This document shows, piece by piece, positions 27,225 through 38,715 of a stretch of DNA of 64,000 nucleotides. A program made the translations under genes and the position numbers. The notes below the pieces were generated by a model that worked only from the letters and a program-made list of their open reading frames with translations, did not search any database and was not told the DNA's origin. Each line of letters opens with the position of its first letter. Position 1 is the first letter of the stretch. The DNA lies in NCBI GenBank assembly GCA_009843735.1, contig VYCW01000051.1, forward strand, positions 7,964-71,963. The letters are read 5' to 3'. Source of the stretch: Acidimicrobiaceae bacterium. Lineage in GTDB: Bacteria; Actinomycetota; Acidimicrobiia; Acidimicrobiales; Aldehydirespiratoraceae.

Positions 27225-28136
27225 TCAGCCGATCCGGAGGCCGCGGCGCTCGGCCGTGGCCAGCACCGCCGCGGGACGGCTTGGGGACATCAGCAGCGCG
27301 GTCACCGAGCGCTCCTCGCTGCGGTTGCGGCCCGTCATCACGCCGGCCTTGACCGGCCCGGTGAGGCGCAGCTCCAGAGCCATGCCGAAGGCTTGGGCGG
27401 TCAGGTCGGCGGCGCCGGTGCCGGTCCGTGCCGGACCGATGGAGTCGACGCTTCGGCGGCTCAACGGCAGCGGCTCGTTCACGGCCAGATGGTCGTGGAC
27501 CACCAGCCCGTTGGGCACGAACACCAGCCATCGCCGGTTCAGACGGAACAGGGCGTGGGCCGCGAAGGCTGCGACCGGAAGCCCCACCGCGGCCGCCACT
27601 ATTCCCGCGGTCCATCCCCGGTCGGCCAGAAGCAGGGGCCCGACGGCCACACCGAGCACCGCGATCGCCCACACCGGCACGATCAGCGCGATCATCACCG
27701 GTCCCGGCGGGCGAAGCAGGAAGCGGCGCTCGTCTCCGTAGCTGGCCGCGTTGACGTGGGCCTCGGCGTAGAGGGGCTGTAGCACCACGAGGGTTCCCAC
27801 CAGCCCGACGAACAGCGCGATGACGGCAACCAGGTCACTCGAGTCGGCCGCGGCCAGCGCCGCCTCCAGCCCGCCGGCGGGCACCCCGATCCGGACCACG
27901 GTCAGCGCCCGGGGTCCGGGCAGCAGCAGCGCGGCGAGCACCAGCGCATAGGCGAGCCACATGGCCACGATCACCGCCGTCTGGGCCGCATCGTCGTCGG
28001 GCCGGAGTGACGGATGGATCAGGTCGCCGAGCAATGCTGCCAGTCCGGTCGCCAGCCAGGCTGCGATTGCCGCGGCCCGCACTAGCAGCGCGGTCCGGGC
28101 CCGGCCCTGTTCCGCGGTTCGGGCCTCGCCTCGCAC
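27225..28136 (-). CDS. Hypothetical polytopic membrane protein with a soluble C-terminal domain
   Basis: 303 aa with about 6 hydrophobic segments, followed by RLNRRWLVFVPNGLVVHDHLAVNEPLPL, which resembles a bacterial PH-like domain. The function is unknown. Confidence 0.5.
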   Translation of the reverse strand: MRGEARTAEQGRARTALLVRAAAIAAWLATGLAALLGDLIHPSLRPDDDAAQTAVIVAMWLAYALVLAALLLPGPRALTVVRIGVPAGGLEAALAAADSSDLVAVIALFVGLVGTLVVLQPLYAEAHVNAASYGDERRFLLRPPGPVMIALIVPVWAIAVLGVAVGPLLLADRGWTAGIVAAAVGLPVAAFAAHALFRLNRRWLVFVPNGLVVHDHLAVNEPLPLSRRSVDSIGPARTGTGAADLTAQAFGMALELRLTGPVKAGVMTGRNRSEERSVTALLMSPSRPAAVLATAERRGLRIG

Positions 28137-28199
28137 CGCGCAATTCTGGCACCGGGCGGCGCCGGGGCGGTCATAGGCCCGCCATTAATCCCGCTCTAG

Positions 28200-30422
<2,223 letters not shown>

Positions 30423-30547
30423 GCGCGGGTCCCGCGGCCCTCCGCCACCGTGTCGCATGGGCGATGTAGGTTCAGGCCTGTGACTCCATCGGGCCTGTCC
30501 TCGATGCCGCGTCGCGGCATTGGCCGTGCGTTCCGCCCGGTAAGGCC

Positions 30548-32080
30548 ATGAGCGCCGCGCCGCGGCGGGGAAGCACGGCCACATCCAGTTTCGGCGTGAG
30601 CCGTCGCGAGGGCCATGACGCGTCCGCGTTCTACGAGCGTTTCCCAGTGCCTGAGATCAGCGACGACTCCGACGTAGCCCGCCCGCCGGGGGAGTGGCTC
30701 GACCGCCTGTGGGTGGGCGACGCCCGAAACATGGACGCGAATGGCAATGTGGCCGACAGCTCAGTCGCACTGGTGGTCACCTCACCGCCGTACTTCGCGG
30801 GCAAGGAGTACGAGGAGGCCGTCGGTCAGGGCCACATTCCCGCCGACTACGTGGCCTACGTCGAGATGCTCGAAGCCGTCTTCGCGGAGTGCGTGCGCAA
30901 GCTGGAGCCCGGTGGACGCATAGCCGTCAACGTCGCGAACCTGGGACGACGCCCCTACCGCTCCCTATCGGCCGATGTGATCAGGATCCTCCAGGACCGG
31001 CTGGGCCTGCTGCTGCGGGGCGAGGTCATCTGGCGCAAGGCTCGCGGCGCGGCGGGAAACTGCGCCTGGGGCAGCTTCCAGCGGCCCAGCAACCCGGTGC
31101 TGAGAGACCTCACCGAGCGGGTCGTGGTCGCCTCCAAGGGCCGCTTCGATCGAGCTGTGCCCGCGGCTCAGCGCGCCGCGCTGGGACTGCCCTCGGAAGG
31201 GACAGCCCCGGTGGACGAGTTCCTGGAGGCAACCACCGACGTCTGGGAGATTCCGGCCGCCTCGGCCACCCGGGTGGGGCATCCTGCGCCCTTCCCGGTC
31301 GAGCTGCCCCAGCGTCTGATCGACCTCTACACGTACCGTGGCGACCTAGTGCTCGATCCCTTCATGGGCGCCGGAACCACCGCGGTGGCCGCCGTGCGAA
31401 CCGGACGGCGCTACGTCGGTTTCGACACCGACGCCGGCTACATCGCCCTAGCCGAGGAGCGCATCAAGTCCGAACGTGAGCAGCTGGCCCGCCGATCGGA
31501 CATGGAGCGATGGGAGGTGACGGTCGCGCCGAGGGCCAACGGGCGTCAGTCGCGGCTGTTCGACGAGCCGCCCGCACAGCCATCCTCAAAGCGAAACAGT
31601 GCGGCCGCGCCGGTCAATGGCTCCGAATCCGACGCTGACGACAACTTCCAGGCTCGAGCGGTGCGGGAGGGGCGTAAGGCCCAGGAGCTGGCCTGGCAGG
31701 TAATGGCCGAGAGCGGCTTCGACAAGATCCAGAGCCGGGTCTCGCTCGAAGGAGGGGTCGAAGTCAACTACTCGGCGCTGGACCAGAGAGGCCGCCGGTG
31801 GCTATTCGACGTGTCGGGTGCGTTCAGCCTCACCCAGCGCCCCGGGCTGAGGCGCACGGACACGCTGTGGAAGGCGATCGGGCGAGCTGCCGTCCTGCAC
31901 TCGCGGCCCAACCGGGAGCCGCTGGTGCTGCTGACCACCGACCGCCCGGCTCCCAACAGCGCTGGGCAGCGCGCCCTGGATGCCATTACCGGTGACGACA
32001 AGCCGATCCGTGCTGTGATCGAGATGGGCAACCTCGAGGACCTGGAGCGTCTCACCCGCTTCGCGAGCGGCGACGTGTGA
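30548..32080 (+). CDS. Beta-class N4/N6 amino DNA methyltransferase (SPPY type) with a ~170-aa C-terminal domain of unknown function
   Basis: Motif IV VVTSPPYFAGKEYEE precedes motif I VLDPFMGAGTTAVAA, which is the beta permutation. After about residue 330 comes a low-complexity linker, then an extra domain (FQARAVREGRKAQELAWQVMAESGFDKI...WLFDVSGAF...). Confidence 0.85.
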   Translation: MSAAPRRGSTATSSFGVSRREGHDASAFYERFPVPEISDDSDVARPPGEWLDRLWVGDARNMDANGNVADSSVALVVTSPPYFAGKEYEEAVGQGHIPADYVAYVEMLEAVFAECVRKLEPGGRIAVNVANLGRRPYRSLSADVIRILQDRLGLLLRGEVIWRKARGAAGNCAWGSFQRPSNPVLRDLTERVVVASKGRFDRAVPAAQRAALGLPSEGTAPVDEFLEATTDVWEIPAASATRVGHPAPFPVELPQRLIDLYTYRGDLVLDPFMGAGTTAVAAVRTGRRYVGFDTDAGYIALAEERIKSEREQLARRSDMERWEVTVAPRANGRQSRLFDEPPAQPSSKRNSAAAPVNGSESDADDNFQARAVREGRKAQELAWQVMAESGFDKIQSRVSLEGGVEVNYSALDQRGRRWLFDVSGAFSLTQRPGLRRTDTLWKAIGRAAVLHSRPNREPLVLLTTDRPAPNSAGQRALDAITGDDKPIRAVIEMGNLEDLERLTRFASGDV

Positions 32081-32144
32081 GTCCGTGACCGGCGCGCTCG
32101 TCGATCAGGAGCGCAAGCGGTGCGGGTGAGCGCTCCGTTTCTCC

Positions 32145-33209
32145 ATGGCTGACGATCGCACCAAGATCACCGAACTGGCCACCGCCCTGGGAATGACGGG
32201 GCACAACACGCTGCAGGAGGCGCTCGAAGCGCGGCCCGACGTACTCGAGATCGGCTCCGATGACTGGGACGACCTAGCCCGCATAGTTCGCACCGGAAGG
32301 CTGACAGCGGTCGCCGAGACGGCCTTCTCCAACGGCGCCTACTTCGGATCCCACACCGATGGCCTTGCCGGACGGATTCCCCAGCACATCGAGTGGAGCG
32401 GAGGGAGGCGCATTCCCGGTGACAGGCCGGTGCCCGCGGACCTGCTGGTCGATCGGGTGTACATGATCAGCTGCAAGTACCTGTCGAGGATCCTCCACAA
32501 CACGGCGCCCGCCCATGTCTTCCTCGATGGCCTGGTGGCCGCGCCCGGATACCGCGGATTCAACTGGTTTCAAGAGGTGGCGCCGGACGCACACGAAGCC
32601 CTGTATGCCCGGACGGTGGAAGTCCTCGGCCTGGTCCCCATGGCGAAGACCCCTCAGGAACTGACCAGCGAACATCGCAAGAAGCTGAAGGCTGCCTTCA
32701 GAGAGCGAGCTGTGCCGGGACTCCCGGCCGAACTCGATCACCAGTACCAGAGACTCATCGATGAAGTGAGCCACGCGTCGGCTGAGCTGTGGAGGGAACT
32801 TCTCGGTGGTCGGGCGGACCAGGAGCGGATCCTCTGGCGGCTGCTACGCATCTATTCGTCCACGTACTTCATTCTCGGCATCGACCAGCGAAGAACCATG
32901 AGGCTTCGGGTCATCACGCCGTGGGAGTGGCGGCAGTCCTACCAGTTCGTGTCGCTCACGGTCAGAGCGGCCGGCCGGGGCCAGCCCCGGATCGACTGGG
33001 AGGCGACCTACCGTGACCTCGCCGCCGGCCAACGCCGTCGCGTCAGGGGTCATGTCGAGATCCGGTGGAGCCATCGCCCGTTCTGCGAGCCACCCGAGGC
33101 GAAGGTGTACCTCGACACCCCGCACGCGCAGGTGCCGGGCTATCGCCGGCTCGACCACACCGACGAGCCCCCGCCCTACGACCAGCAGAGCCTGATCGAC
33201 TGCCCCTGA
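32145..33209 (+). CDS. Hypothetical protein; possible PD-(D/E)xK-like nuclease partner of the adjacent methyltransferase
   Basis: 354-aa ORF, 64 nt downstream of the MTase on the same strand. I recognise no family. The segment PVPADLLVDRVYMISCKY resembles a PD...(S/E)xK motif variant. The functional call is inference only. Confidence 0.45.
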   Translation: MADDRTKITELATALGMTGHNTLQEALEARPDVLEIGSDDWDDLARIVRTGRLTAVAETAFSNGAYFGSHTDGLAGRIPQHIEWSGGRRIPGDRPVPADLLVDRVYMISCKYLSRILHNTAPAHVFLDGLVAAPGYRGFNWFQEVAPDAHEALYARTVEVLGLVPMAKTPQELTSEHRKKLKAAFRERAVPGLPAELDHQYQRLIDEVSHASAELWRELLGGRADQERILWRLLRIYSSTYFILGIDQRRTMRLRVITPWEWRQSYQFVSLTVRAAGRGQPRIDWEATYRDLAAGQRRRVRGHVEIRWSHRPFCEPPEAKVYLDTPHAQVPGYRRLDHTDEPPPYDQQSLIDCP

Positions 33210-33219
33210 AGCCGCTCCG

Positions 33220-33253
33220 GCCATGGAGACGGGCCCGGGTCGTGGCCCATGGC
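33220..33253. terminator. Possible bidirectional terminator hairpin between convergent genes
   Basis: GCCATGG (33220-33226) pairs with CCATGGC (33247-33253), enclosing a GC-rich GGGCCCGGG core. It lies in the 53-nt gap between the stops at 33209 (+) and 33263 (-). There is no clear U-tract. Confidence 0.3.
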
Positions 33254-33262
33254 GATGCCGCG

Positions 33263-33754
33263 CTAGGAGACCTCGAAGCACCAGCGGACGGTGTCGGACT
33301 CGTCGGGACGGGCGATGAGCACGAATCTCGCGATCACGCAGTTCGTGTCCGGCGACAGGGCTTCGATGAGGCGGCCCTCGCCGGGCGCGAACTCGAAGCG
33401 GTTGAGCCCCTCCATGTGCTCGACCTCTGAGGTCACGTCAACCCCCTCGGTGGCATTGTCGCTCGGCAGGATCACCATCGAGGAGAGCCGGTAGCGGGCG
33501 TCCAGGACTACGCCGACCCGCTGCTGCTGGAGCACTTCGTCGCCGGGGTTGGGGATCACCCGGTCCACCGCAGGCCCCGCCGTGACGGCGCGTTCGGATT
33601 CGTCTTCACCCGAGCCGACCAGCGCGGCCACGACGAAGCCCAATATCCCGAACAGCGCGAGCGCGACGATGCCCACTCGTATCCGCCACCCGCTGCGCAG
33701 GCGCGGCGGCGAGGAGTCGGGGCCCTGTCCGTTCGTTGCCATCTCGTGTCGCAC
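33263..33754 (-). CDS. Single-pass membrane-anchored protein, unknown function
   Basis: 163 aa with an N-terminal basic stretch, then the TM helix IRVGIVALALFGILGFVVAALVG, then a beta-rich ectodomain. It is divergent from the pseudokinase. The start may be the M at 33742. Confidence 0.55.
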   Translation of the reverse strand: MRHEMATNGQGPDSSPPRLRSGWRIRVGIVALALFGILGFVVAALVGSGEDESERAVTAGPAVDRVIPNPGDEVLQQQRVGVVLDARYRLSSMVILPSDNATEGVDVTSEVEHMEGLNRFEFAPGEGRLIEALSPDTNCVIARFVLIARPDESDTVRWCFEVS

Positions 33755-33815
33755 AGTACCGGACCCCGGCGACAGCCCCTTGCGTCCCTATCATCGCCAC
33801 GCCGGTACCGTGGCG

Positions 33816-35381
33816 ATGATGGTCACGCCCGCAGAGTCGTTGCGATCCTTCGGCGATCGTTACCGGTTGCTGAAGCTCGTCGGCGAGGGTTCGAGCGCGC
33901 GGGTCTATGTGGCCGAGGATCTCACGCTTCACCGGCGTGTCGCCCTCAAGATCCTGAAGGTGGAGATAGCCGATGACACCAGCTTCCGGGACCGCTTCGC
34001 GGCGGAGATGAGAGCGACGTCGCTGCTGAACCATCCCCGGGTCCTGCCTGTGTACGACTGGGGCCTGGACCCTCAGCCCTACTCCGTCACCGAGTACCTC
34101 ACCGGCGGCAGCCTGGCCATGCTCCTGGACGCCGGGCACCGCCTGACCCCGTCGCAGGCGCTGGTGATGGGATTGGAGGCGGCTCGGGCCCTGGTGAACA
34201 TCCATGCCGGCGGCCGGGCCCATCTGAGTCTCGGGCCGTCCGCCATCCTGTTCGACTCCGGCGCCCGCCCCTACATCTCCGACCTTGGACTGTCGGCGGC
34301 GCTGCTGCCGGCCGCCGCCAGCGACGGCGACGCTCCTGAAGAATCCGAGGAAACCGAGGAGTCCGGGGACGTCTCGCCGGCCGCCGCCGAGACGCCGGAC
34401 GGCGGCGCCGATGACGATGGCGCCCGATCGGCGACCGAGCCGGAGGCGGGCCCGGACGAGCAGGCAGCGGCTGCTCGGAGCTACTCACCGCTGGAGCAGA
34501 CCCAGGACGTGCACGACCTGGCGCTGCTCCTCTGCGAGGCCGTGACCGGCTCCAGGGCCCTGACCGCCGATGACGGCGACGAAGCCTCCATGGCTTCGCT
34601 GACCGCGCTCGGCCCCCTGCAGGCCGTGCTGGCGCGGGCCGCCGCGGCTGAACCCGCCGACCGGCTCAGCGCGGCGGACCTGGCCGAGGAGCTGCTGAGA
34701 GTGGCAAACCTGCTCCCAAGGCCCGATCCGATCCCTGTCCCGTCCGAGTACAGCCCTCCGAGCGCTTCGGCCGCAGCCTCCTACGATCAGACCGAGGACT
34801 TCGCGCAGGTCGGCCCCTCAGTGTCGGAGCGTTCGGCAGTGCCGCTCGACGATGCTCCCCGCCGTCGCTGGCCGGGAATCGTCCTTGCCGCGATCCTGGT
34901 CCTCGGCGGGGCTGCAGCCGGGGTGTGGGCTTTGTTCCTGAGAGGCACCGACAACCCCGCGGTGCCTGAACTGGAAGGCCAGACGCTCGGCGCCGCGACG
35001 TCCGTTGCGGCCGACCTGGGCTGGCAGGTCAACGAGATACTGGTGCGCGAGTCCGGCACCAGCCGCGGACGGGTGGTGCGTACCGAGCCACCCGCCGGTG
35101 GCACCCTCGACGAGGGTGCCACTCTGGACCTGTTCGTGTCGCTGGGCGAGCCACTCATACCGGTGTCGGACCTGCGCTTCCTTTACGGCATGTCGGTCGA
35201 GGAAGCCACCGACGAGCTGGAGTCGCTGGGTCTGAACCCATCGGGGGAGACGCCCGTCAACGATGCCGTCGTGCCGTCGGGACTGGTGGTCGGCCTCGAC
35301 GTGGAGGAGGGCGTCTACGAACTGGAAGTGGGGGCCGAGGTAGACCTGCTGGTGTCGGACGGCCCGTCCGAGGCCGGGTAG
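33816..35381 (+). CDS. PknB-like Ser/Thr protein pseudokinase with a TM helix and two PASTA-like domains
   Basis: The start was trimmed to ATG 33816 (GTG 33810 is also possible). The G-loop GEGSSARV, VALKIL Lys and alphaC Glu are retained. The catalytic loop reads HLSLGPSA (34221-34244) instead of HRDxKPxN, and DFG is DLG. The C-terminus has WPGIVLAAILVLGGAAAGVWALFL followed by 2 PASTA-like repeats. Confidence 0.85.
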   Translation: MMVTPAESLRSFGDRYRLLKLVGEGSSARVYVAEDLTLHRRVALKILKVEIADDTSFRDRFAAEMRATSLLNHPRVLPVYDWGLDPQPYSVTEYLTGGSLAMLLDAGHRLTPSQALVMGLEAARALVNIHAGGRAHLSLGPSAILFDSGARPYISDLGLSAALLPAAASDGDAPEESEETEESGDVSPAAAETPDGGADDDGARSATEPEAGPDEQAAAARSYSPLEQTQDVHDLALLLCEAVTGSRALTADDGDEASMASLTALGPLQAVLARAAAAEPADRLSAADLAEELLRVANLLPRPDPIPVPSEYSPPSASAAASYDQTEDFAQVGPSVSERSAVPLDDAPRRRWPGIVLAAILVLGGAAAGVWALFLRGTDNPAVPELEGQTLGAATSVAADLGWQVNEILVRESGTSRGRVVRTEPPAGGTLDEGATLDLFVSLGEPLIPVSDLRFLYGMSVEEATDELESLGLNPSGETPVNDAVVPSGLVVGLDVEEGVYELEVGAEVDLLVSDGPSEAG

Positions 35382-35402
35382 CGCTCCGGCTATATTGCCC
35401 GA

Positions 35403-35705
35403 GTGTCCGGTCGAATCAGCCGCGACGAGGCCGCCCACGTAGCCCGGCTGGCCCGCCTGCGCTTCAGCGACGACGAACTCGACGAACTCGCCGCGCAGCT
35501 GTCGGCCGTGCTCGACCACGCGGCCGACGTGGAGGCGCTGGACGTCTCCGGCATCGAGCCCACCTCCCATCCTCAGCCGCTCACCGACGTGACCAGGGTC
35601 GACGAGGTGCGGCCCTCGCTGGAACGTGACGAGGTCCTCGCCCAGGCGCCGTCGGTGGCCGAGGGCCAGTTCCGGGTGCCGCCGATCCTTGGAGAGGCGC
35701 CGTGA
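35403..35705 (+). CDS. gatC: Asp/Glu-tRNA amidotransferase subunit C
   Basis: 100 aa with [27 protein letters not shown]. It overlaps gatA by 4 nt. Confidence 0.9.
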   Translation: MSGRISRDEAAHVARLARLRFSDDELDELAAQLSAVLDHAADVEALDVSGIEPTSHPQPLTDVTRVDEVRPSLERDEVLAQAPSVAEGQFRVPPILGEAP

Positions 35706-37195
35706 CCGCGCTGGGAGTCGCGGCGGCGGTGAACGCCGGGGAACGCACCGCCCGCTCCGTGGCGGAGGACTACCTGGACCGCATAAGCAAGGGCGACGGC
35801 GAGATAGGGGCCTTCAACCTGGTGCTGGCCGAGGAGGCCCTCGCCGACGCGGACCGCATCGACGCCGCCGTGGGCCGGGGTGAGCCGGTAGGGCCCCTGG
35901 CGGGGGTGCCGGTGGCCCTCAAGGACAACCTCTGCACCCGGGGCATCCCCACCACCTGCTCGTCACGGATGCTCGAGGGCTGGCGGCCCCCGTACAGCGC
36001 AACCGTGGTTCAGCGCCTCAGGGCCGCGGGCGCCGTGATCGTCGGCAAGACCAATCTCGACGAGTTCGCCATGGGCTCCTCCACCGAGAACTCCGCCTTC
36101 GGCCCGACCCGCAACCCCCACGACACCAGCCGGGTGCCCGGAGGCTCCAGCGGCGGCTCGGCCGCGGCGGTGGCCGCCGGCTTCGCCGCGCTGGCCCTCG
36201 GGTCCGACACCGGAGGCTCCATCCGCCAGCCCGCCGCCCTGTGCGGTGTGGTGGGGATGAAACCGACCTACGGGCGGGTGTCGCGCTACGGCCTGGTCGC
36301 CTTAGCGTCCTCGCTCGACCAGATCGGCCCGTTCGGGACCAACGTGGCCGACGCGGCCGCCTGCTACGAGGCCATCGCCGGCCACGACCCGCTCGACTCG
36401 ACCTCGATCGACCAGCCGGTGGAGCCGGTAGGGAAGGCGCTCACCGACGGGGTCGAGGGACTGAGGGTCGGGGTGGTCGCCGAGCTCTGCGGAGGCCGGC
36501 CGCAGGAGGCTCACCTCGCTGGCACGGACGGGTCCGCGGCGAGCGGCGTCGAGGGAGTCGCCGGCGACGTGCTGTCGCGGGTGCAGGACGCCGCCGAGGC
36601 GCTGGAGCAGGCTGGCGCCGAAGTGCGGACGGTGTCGGTGCCGTCCGCGGTGCTGGGACTGTCGGCCTACTACCTGATCGCCCCGGCCGAGGCCTCCAGC
36701 AACCTGGCCAGGTACGACGGTGTGCGCTACGGGCTGCGGGTCGACGCGGCCAACGCCGCCGAGATGAACGTCAACACCCGCACTGCCGGCTTCGGAGCGG
36801 AGGTCAAGCGCAGGATCATGCTCGGCACCTACGCCCTGTCCGCCGGCTACTACGACGCCTTCTACGGCAAGGCGCTACGGGCGCGCACCCTCATGCTGCA
36901 GGAATTTGCAACCGTCTACGAGGACGTCGACGTCCTGCTCTGCCCAACCGCGCCGACGACCGCGTTCGAGTTGGGGGCCAAGACCGCCGACCCGCTGCTG
37001 ATGTACCTCAACGACGTGTGCACCATCCCGTCCAACCTCACCGGCCACCCGGCGATATCGGTGCCCTTCGGGCGGGGGGACGACGGTCTCCCCGTCGGCG
37101 TGCAGGTCATGGGCCCGGCCCTGTCGGAGCGGTTGATCTTCCGGGTCGCGGCCGCGCTGGAGCGGACCGCGCCCGGCGACGGGAGCACACCGTGA
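35702..37195 (+). CDS. gatA: Asp/Glu-tRNA amidotransferase subunit A
   Basis: The amidase signature is [14 protein letters not shown], together with [13 protein letters not shown]. Confidence 0.95.
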   Translation: MTALGVAAAVNAGERTARSVAEDYLDRISKGDGEIGAFNLVLAEEALADADRIDAAVGRGEPVGPLAGVPVALKDNLCTRGIPTTCSSRMLEGWRPPYSATVVQRLRAAGAVIVGKTNLDEFAMGSSTENSAFGPTRNPHDTSRVPGGSSGGSAAAVAAGFAALALGSDTGGSIRQPAALCGVVGMKPTYGRVSRYGLVALASSLDQIGPFGTNVADAAACYEAIAGHDPLDSTSIDQPVEPVGKALTDGVEGLRVGVVAELCGGRPQEAHLAGTDGSAASGVEGVAGDVLSRVQDAAEALEQAGAEVRTVSVPSAVLGLSAYYLIAPAEASSNLARYDGVRYGLRVDAANAAEMNVNTRTAGFGAEVKRRIMLGTYALSAGYYDAFYGKALRARTLMLQEFATVYEDVDVLLCPTAPTTAFELGAKTADPLLMYLNDVCTIPSNLTGHPAISVPFGRGDDGLPVGVQVMGPALSERLIFRVAAALERTAPGDGSTP

Positions 37196-38652
37196 GCGGA
37201 ACACCCGAGCGCGAGGGAACTCTTGCCGACGGATGGGAGCTGGTGGTGGGCCTTGAGGTCCACGTCGAGCTGAGCACGGCCACCAAGCTGTTCTGCGGCT
37301 GCGCCAACCGCTTCGGCGACGAGCCCAACACCAACGTGTGCCCGGTGTGCCTGGGCCTGCCCGGCTCGCTGCCGGTGGTCAACGCGGCTGCGGTCGACTT
37401 CGCCATGCGCCTGGGCCGGGCCCTCGGATGCGAGGTGCGCCCGGCGGTGTTCGCCCGGAAGAACTACTTCTACCCCGACATGCCCAAGGACTACCAGATC
37501 TCCCAGTACGACCAGCCCACCAACACCGACGGCTGTCTGGAGCTGCCCGACGGCGATGTGGTGGGCATCGAGCGGGCCCACATCGAGGAGGACACCGGCA
37601 AGACCACCCACGTGGGCGGGGGCGGGCGCATCCACGACGCCGACCACGCGCTGGTGGACTACAACCGGGCCGGCGTGCCGCTGGTGGAGATCGTCAGCCG
37701 CCCCGACATCCGCGGTGCCGAGCAGGCCCGGACCTACGTGCGGGAGCTGCGGGCCATCCTGCTCGCCATCGGCGTGTCCGACGCCCGGATGGAGGAGGGC
37801 TCCATGCGGGTGGACGCCAACGTGTCGGTGCGCCCGGTCGGCTCCAACGAGCTGCGGACCCGCTGCGAGATCAAGAACCTGAGCTCGCTTCGCTCGCTGG
37901 GCCGGGCCATCGCATTCGAGGCTCACCGCCACGTCGATCTGTGGTCGGGTGGGGAGCGGCCCCGCCAGGAGACCCGCCACTGGGACGAGGCGGGCGGTCG
38001 CACCACGCCGGGGCGCTCCAAGGAGGACGCCGAGGACTACCGCTACTTCCAGGATCCCGACCTGGTGCCGCTGGCGCCCTCGGCCGACCAGGTCGCAGCC
38101 ATAGACGCCGCGCTGCCCGTACTGCCGGCGGCCCGCCGGGCCGCGCTCCTGGCCGCAGGCGCCGGAGCCGTTTCGGCCTCCGACGCGGCCCTGCTGGTGG
38201 AGCGGGACCAGGACGCACTGGTCCGGACCGCGGTCGCGATGGGGGCCGACCCGGGCCTGACCGCGACCAGGGTGTCCAACGACCTGGCCGTCGACGACTG
38301 GTCCCGAGTGACGCCGGACGGCCTGGCCGCCCTGATCGGGTTGGAGGCCTCGGGGCAGATCACCGCCACCCAGGCCAAGCAGGTGCTGGCCGAGATGGTG
38401 GAGGCTGGTGATGATCCGGCCTCCATCGCCGAGCGTCGCGGCTTCCAGGCCATGGCCGGCGACGACCTGGCCGCAACCGTCGACCGGGTGATCGCCGGCA
38501 ACCCCGACGAGTGGCAGCGGTTCTGCTCCGGCGACGACACCGACCGCAAGAAGCTGTCCGGGTTCTTCATCGGCCAAGTGATGCGGTCCACCCGGGGCCG
38601 GGCCGACGGCGCCGCCGTCAACCGCCTGCTTCAGGAGAAGGCCGGCGGCTGA
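37192..38652 (+). CDS. gatB: Asp/Glu-tRNA amidotransferase subunit B
   Basis: I trimmed the 803-aa track ORF to the GTG at 37192, which forms a GTGA overlap with the gatA stop. The N-terminus reads [23 protein letters not shown]. Confidence 0.95.
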   Translation: MSGTPEREGTLADGWELVVGLEVHVELSTATKLFCGCANRFGDEPNTNVCPVCLGLPGSLPVVNAAAVDFAMRLGRALGCEVRPAVFARKNYFYPDMPKDYQISQYDQPTNTDGCLELPDGDVVGIERAHIEEDTGKTTHVGGGGRIHDADHALVDYNRAGVPLVEIVSRPDIRGAEQARTYVRELRAILLAIGVSDARMEEGSMRVDANVSVRPVGSNELRTRCEIKNLSSLRSLGRAIAFEAHRHVDLWSGGERPRQETRHWDEAGGRTTPGRSKEDAEDYRYFQDPDLVPLAPSADQVAAIDAALPVLPAARRAALLAAGAGAVSASDAALLVERDQDALVRTAVAMGADPGLTATRVSNDLAVDDWSRVTPDGLAALIGLEASGQITATQAKQVLAEMVEAGDDPASIAERRGFQAMAGDDLAATVDRVIAGNPDEWQRFCSGDDTDRKKLSGFFIGQVMRSTRGRADGAAVNRLLQEKAGG

Positions 38653-38698
38653 ACTTCTGTCAAGAATCCACCGCATAGGTGGGAAATCGACAGAAGTT
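38652..38698. terminator. Compound hairpin, probable bidirectional terminator between gatB and the MATE gene
   Basis: There is a perfect 10-bp inverted repeat, AACTTCTGTC (38652-38661) / GACAGAAGTT (38689-38698). It encloses an inner 5-bp stem, CCACC-gcata-GGTGG (38668-38682). The element is unusually AT-rich for this sequence. Confidence 0.55.
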
Positions 38699-38715
38699 CG
38701 AATGGGGCGACGGGA

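Noticed and set aside
33228-33240. GGGCCCGGG (overlapping ApaI/SmaI-type palindromes) as a possible recognition site for the neighbouring MTase.
   Set aside because: Short GC palindromes are expected by chance at this GC content, and nothing links this site to the methyltransferase.
33549-35381. Annotating the 610-aa ORF as an active Ser/Thr kinase starting at 33549.
   Set aside because: The first ~89 codons overlap the divergent membrane-protein gene and have no kinase homology. The catalytic loop HLSLGPSA lacks the catalytic Asp, Lys and Asn, so an active-kinase call is not supported.
36241-38652. Track ORFs with very long N-termini: gatB as 803 aa, ilvN as 669 aa, ilvC as 605 aa, mnmA as 414 aa, livG-like as 423 aa, MBL as 396 aa, and 20131..21456 as 441 aa.
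   Set aside because: The N-terminal parts are read-through of the upstream gene in another frame and show no homology. Each was trimmed to an in-frame ATG or GTG at or next to the upstream stop, often a 4-nt ATGA/GTGA overlap, where the recognisable protein begins.
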